This document shows, in pieces, positions 40,748-44,845 of a stretch of DNA of 44,845 nt. Made by a program: the position numbers and the translations under genes. The notes under the pieces are model-generated. The model was not told where the DNA came from. It was given only the letters and a program-made list of their open reading frames with translations, and did not search any database. Source of the stretch: Thermostichus sp. DRC_bins_24 (GTDB taxonomy: Bacteria > Cyanobacteriota > Cyanobacteriia > Thermostichales > Thermostichaceae); NCBI GenBank assembly GCA_039794845.1, contig JAUQVK010000107.1, forward strand, positions 1 through 44,845, in the 5' to 3' direction. Every line of letters begins with the position of its first letter. Within the stretch, counting starts at the first letter, position 1.

Positions 40748-42961
40748 CTATTCGCCCCCCAGGGTGAAGGAAAAGATCGCCCCTTTCCCCAAAGCGGCTT
40801 CTGCCCCAATGTGCCCCCCATGCCGATGGATGATGCGCTGCACCGTCGCCAAGCCGATACCGGTACCGGCATAATCTTCAGAGGGATGCAACCGCTGAAA
40901 GGGGCCAAACAGTTTATCGGCATAGTGCATGTCAAAGCCCGCCCCATTGTCTCGCACGAAATAAATGCGCTCATGGTCTTGCCAATGGGATCCCACCTCT
41001 ATGTGGGCCTGTGGCTGCTTGGCGGTAAACTTCCAGGCATTGTCCAGTAAATTTTCCAACACCACCCGCAGCAAACGCGGATCCCCGTAGGCCATCAAAT
41101 CCGGCTCAATGCTCCACAACACCGAGCGCTGCGGGTTGGATTGTTCCAACTCTTGGGCAATCCCATGGGCCAACTGGCTCAGATTCACCCAATCCCGTTT
41201 CAACTCGCTGCGGGTAACCCGCGACAACATCAACAAATCGTCGATCAACTGGCCCATCCGCTGAGTAGCCGCCCGGATGCGCCGCAGATAATCTTGCCCG
41301 ACTGCATCCAGTTGGTCGTTGTAATCCTCCAAAAGCGCCTGCCCAAAGCCGTCAATACTGCGCAACGGCGCCCGCAAATCGTGAGAAACGGAGTAGGAAA
41401 AGGCTTCCAATTCCCGGTTGGCCAGTTCCAACTGCAGGGTGCGCTCCTCCACCCGCTGCTCCAGGGTTTGGTTCAGTTGTCGGATCTCCGCTTCTACTTG
41501 CTTGCGATTGGTAATCTCGAAGCGAATCGCCAAATATTGCCAAGGTTTATTCTGGTCGTCCAAAAACGGCACGATCACCGTATCCACCCAGTAGAGACTG
41601 CCATCTTTGGCACGATTGCAGATCTCCCCCTTCCAAATGTGTCCCCGTGAGATTGTCGACCACATTTGGCGAAAAAAGGCTTTGTCGTGGTGGCCGGAAT
41701 TGATCAAACGGTGACTTTGCCCGATCAGCTCGGCCCGGCTGTACTGAGCAATCTGACAAAAGCGATCGTTGACATCCGTGATTGTCCCCTGGGCATCGGT
41801 GGTGGCCACAATGGCAGCTTCATCAATGGCGTATTTCAAATCCGACAGAGCTCGCAGCGTACGCTGCAAGCTCTCTTGCGCCCTCCGCAACTCCGTTACA
41901 TCCCGAGCCAAAGTCAGAGAGCCGCGTCTGCCCTCCATCTGAACTTCGTGGGAGGTCATTTCCACTTCCAGGCAGGTGCCGTCCTTGCGACGATGCCAAG
42001 TCGATAGCCCCAAATCTGTCCCCAAAACGTTCTGGGGATGGGATCCCGGCAGTTCCAGATCCCGCAGGGTCATCCCCAAAAACTCGGCGCGATCATAGCC
42101 GTATTGGCGAATGGCAGCCTCATTCACATCCCAAAAGGCCAAACTATCGGGATCCGCCAACCACATCGGCATCGGATTGGCCTGAAATAGCTGGCGGTAC
42201 TGATGCTCACTGGACTGTAGGGCTTCTAAGGTAGAGGCCAGCTCTGCCGTGCGTTGCTTCACCAGTTGCTCCAATCCATCGTGGGCTGCTTGCAGTTGGG
42301 CTTGCCAACGCCGCCGTTGCCAATCCTGTCGACGCAACAGCAGATAAACCCCCACCAACAAGCTGATGCCCGTCAAGCTGGTGAGCAAAACCGCCACCGT
42401 GGTGCGCTGAATGCTGTGGCTGGCCACCTGGCTGCGTTGGGCCAGAAGAGCCCGCTCGGTGTCTTCCATCTGCAACAGGATGGTTTCCACTGCCTCCTGC
42501 AGCGTCGATCCCTCCTCGGTTAGGGTTGCCTGTACCGCCCGCTCCTCAGGGTTGTCGCCATAAAGCGCCACCGAACGGTTGAGGTTCTCCAGCCGCTGCT
42601 CAATCTGCCGTTCCACCGCATCCAAGCGTTCCTGTTGCAGCGGGTTGTCCAGGGTGAGTGCCCGCAAGGCTTCCCTGCGGATCTGCACCTGACGGATCCC
42701 TGCGTCGTAGGCCTCCAGCTGCTGCGGTTGCCCCGTCAGGATATACCCTCGCTGCCCCGACTCGGCTTCCTTGAGCCCCAGCAGCAAGAATTCCAGGTTT
42801 TCCAGCACCGCATGGGTGTGGCGCACCCATTGTTCTCGTCGGGCCAACTGGTGCGATTCAAAGAGACTTAATCCTGCCCCCGCCGCCAATAGAGCCAAGG
42901 CCACGGAGAAGCCAACGTTGAGAAAGAACGGTTCCTGGAGCTTTTTCATAGCTGTTTTCAT
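40748..42961 (-). CDS. Sensor histidine kinase (TM-CHASE3-TM-PAS-PAS-HisKA-HATPase)
   Basis: AESGQRGYILTG, NPLQQERL, two PAS domains, FSYSVSHDLRAPLR, NAWKF, DNGAGF, GTGIGL; start 42961 or 42949. Confidence 0.94.
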   Translation of the reverse strand: MKTAMKKLQEPFFLNVGFSVALALLAAGAGLSLFESHQLARREQWVRHTHAVLENLEFLLLGLKEAESGQRGYILTGQPQQLEAYDAGIRQVQIRREALRALTLDNPLQQERLDAVERQIEQRLENLNRSVALYGDNPEERAVQATLTEEGSTLQEAVETILLQMEDTERALLAQRSQVASHSIQRTTVAVLLTSLTGISLLVGVYLLLRRQDWQRRRWQAQLQAAHDGLEQLVKQRTAELASTLEALQSSEHQYRQLFQANPMPMWLADPDSLAFWDVNEAAIRQYGYDRAEFLGMTLRDLELPGSHPQNVLGTDLGLSTWHRRKDGTCLEVEMTSHEVQMEGRRGSLTLARDVTELRRAQESLQRTLRALSDLKYAIDEAAIVATTDAQGTITDVNDRFCQIAQYSRAELIGQSHRLINSGHHDKAFFRQMWSTISRGHIWKGEICNRAKDGSLYWVDTVIVPFLDDQNKPWQYLAIRFEITNRKQVEAEIRQLNQTLEQRVEERTLQLELANRELEAFSYSVSHDLRAPLRSIDGFGQALLEDYNDQLDAVGQDYLRRIRAATQRMGQLIDDLLMLSRVTRSELKRDWVNLSQLAHGIAQELEQSNPQRSVLWSIEPDLMAYGDPRLLRVVLENLLDNAWKFTAKQPQAHIEVGSHWQDHERIYFVRDNGAGFDMHYADKLFGPFQRLHPSEDYAGTGIGLATVQRIIHRHGGHIGAEAALGKGAIFSFTLGGE

Positions 42962-43110
42962 AGCTGTATTCTAAGAACAGGTCTGGATCCCTGCCGAGTT
43001 TCATGGTTTCTTTTTAGGCCTTGGCGGGATATGGGATATGGGCCTGAATGGAAACAAAATCATTCAATTGCTTTTGACATCACCTTTCTCTTTCTGTGTA
43101 CTGACCCTTA

Positions 43111-43779
43111 ATGAAGATTCTCTTGGTAGAAGATGACGCCCGACTGGCGGAAGTCCTGGTAGAGGCCCTGACGGATCAACGCTACATCGTCGATTGGGTG
43201 GGAGATGGGGAGACCGCCTGGGATCAGTTGCGCCTACAAACCTACGATCTGCTGTTGCTGGATGTCGGCCTCCCGGTTTTGGATGGAGTACAACTCTGCC
43301 AACGCCTACGCGCCCAGGGTTTTCAGATCCCGGTCTTGATGATTACTGCCCGTGATGCCAGCAGCGACAAAGTCCTGGGTCTGGATGCCGGGGCGGATGA
43401 CTACATGGTGAAACCTCTCGATCTGCCGGAGCTTTTGGCCAGAATTCGTGCGCTTTCCCGTCGCGGCCAAGTGGCCACATCCCTCACCCTAGAATGGGGA
43501 TCCCTAATCCTGAGACCGGATACTTTTGAAGCCTACTACCAAGGCCAGAAGCTACAGCTCACCCCAAAAGAATTCGCCCTCTTGGAGTTGCTGATCCGCA
43601 GCGGGCGCCGCGTCTTAAGCCGAAGAGCCATTTTGGATCACCTCTGGGGAGTGGGGGAAGCCCCCGAGGAAGAGTCGATCAAAGCCCACATCAAAACCTT
43701 GCGGCAAAAACTCAAGGCCACGGGCGCAGAACTGGATCCCATCGAAACGGTTCACAGTGTTGGCTACCGTCTGCGCTGA
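43111..43779 (+). CDS. OmpR-family response regulator
   Basis: ILLVEDD, LLDVGLP, GADDYMVKP, LTPKEF.LLE, HIK.LR.KL, IETVHSVGYRL. Confidence 0.94.
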   Translation: MKILLVEDDARLAEVLVEALTDQRYIVDWVGDGETAWDQLRLQTYDLLLLDVGLPVLDGVQLCQRLRAQGFQIPVLMITARDASSDKVLGLDAGADDYMVKPLDLPELLARIRALSRRGQVATSLTLEWGSLILRPDTFEAYYQGQKLQLTPKEFALLELLIRSGRRVLSRRAILDHLWGVGEAPEEESIKAHIKTLRQKLKATGAELDPIETVHSVGYRLR

Positions 43780-43786
43780 ATTGGCC

Positions 43787-43830
43787 TTCCTCTCGATTTC
43801 CTCTCGATTCTCTCCCCAATTTCTTCACAG
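43787..43830 (+). promoter_or_regulatory. Tandem direct repeats (about 11-bp period), candidate OmpR-type operator
   Basis: TTCCTCTCGAT TTCCTCTCGAT TCTCTCCCCAAT TTCTTCACAG. Confidence 0.5.
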
Positions 43831-43894
43831 AACTGCCTTATTCTCGAGGAATCGGGGATCCCCACCCGCTCAACCTCAAAGGATCTGTACTCCA

Positions 43895-44161
43895 ATGCCA
43901 CTCCCTGAATCTTGGATCGTTGATGCCCATAAAAGCCCAAAGTCTGCTTTCCTGTCCCCTTTCTCTTATCTGGATCCCCTAGGACAAGCAATTTATGTCA
44001 GTGCTCTTGAGCGCTACGTTCACCGCCTACAACATATCTTGAATCTGTTAGCCGAAGGGGAAATCGACACAGCCACCGCTCAAGCCGGCTTTGACTTCCT
44101 AGCTCAGCAGTTGCAGCAAACTCGGCATGATCTTCTACTGGGATCCTCCTCTTTGAATTGA
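43895..44161 (+). CDS. Small cyanobacterial hypothetical protein (88 aa)
   Basis: FL.P.SY...L..Y..R...I.NL...G.I....A pattern recalls a family of small cyanobacterial helical proteins. Confidence 0.65.
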   Translation: MPLPESWIVDAHKSPKSAFLSPFSYLDPLGQAIYVSALERYVHRLQHILNLLAEGEIDTATAQAGFDFLAQQLQQTRHDLLLGSSSLN

Positions 44162-44315
44162 GCGGATCCCAGTAAAACCCTCTACTCTCATTGACCGGTG
44201 GCTGGTGATCGCCATCACAGACTTTCCGGTTCCTTTGAGCCAGCATACGGCGAGACAGGGGTACCCCAATGAAGGGATCCCTTTGTTTCAACTTCAACTC
44301 TTCAGAGAAACAGCC

Positions 44316-44552
44316 ATGTGGCCTCAGAATGCCTCAAACCTGTCATCCCATAGCGAGCGTAACTCTCTGGAGGAGCACCTGCTGGAGTTGGGCTGGGTGG
44401 ATGAAGTTCAGTTGGAACTCGCCAAAAAGCTACAAGATCGAATGTATGGCCCCTTGAGCATGGTGCTGTTGCAACTTGGGTTTCTCACTTTGGAGCAACT
44501 GGAAGTTTTATTCAGTAACCAGTACAGCCTTTTTCAGCAGTACCTACTGTAA
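44316..44552 (+). CDS. DUF2949-like small protein
   Basis: LELA.K......GPL.MVL.QLG.LTLEQLE..F. Confidence 0.75.
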   Translation: MWPQNASNLSSHSERNSLEEHLLELGWVDEVQLELAKKLQDRMYGPLSMVLLQLGFLTLEQLEVLFSNQYSLFQQYLL

Positions 44553-44798
44553 CCAACTTAGGAATACCTTGCTCGCGGAGCGCATTTCATACTTCATAAT
44601 TTCATATTTCATAAACGAAAATCCAACCCTTGTTGAGAATGAACAGGATAGAATCGGGCTTTCAGTCCTGTTTGGCTTACAACAAGGCCATGGATCGAAA
44701 TGTCCTCTACTTGTTCCGTATAAGTGAAGCTTGAACGGGCTGTAGAGCTCTTTCAGCCCAAGAACCCGGTTGACCAACGCAAGCTGCCTGTGATTAGT

Positions 44799-44812
44799 GT
44801 AGCTAAAGATAC
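44799..44812. promoter_or_regulatory. NtcA-like box
   Basis: tGTA-GCTAAAGA-TAC; target gene probably lies beyond the window. Confidence 0.45.
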
Positions 44813-44845
44813 TCTAAGACTGCATTGGTACAGCCCTTTCGCTAG

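Overview
Chromosomal window from a cyanobacterium (petB/petD, psbP, ctpA, CCB4 and a CpcS-family bilin lyase are present). The highly iterated octamer GGGATCCC points to the hot-spring Thermostichus (Synechococcus OS-A/OS-B'-like) lineage; this assignment is inference. Most of the window is housekeeping: pepN, cpdA, relA/spoT, leuB, petBD, ctpA, thrB, katG and lipA. Accessory content: (i) a tnpB-only IS200/IS605 element with IS608-like ends (about 1500-2860) whose target site, omegaRNA and guide can be read from the sequence; (ii) allantoinase puuE near a five-gene family-5 ABC importer with a class-II NtcA promoter; (iii) a probable 6S RNA (about 24623-24809) directly downstream of an unrecognised, translationally coupled 90 aa + 603 aa gene pair; (iv) an overlapping DUF1152-like + amidohydrolase pair; (v) a CHASE3/PAS kinase, an OmpR regulator and two small genes with tandem direct repeats. 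No CRISPR array, tRNA or rRNA was seen. All family calls come from motif recognition, not database searches.
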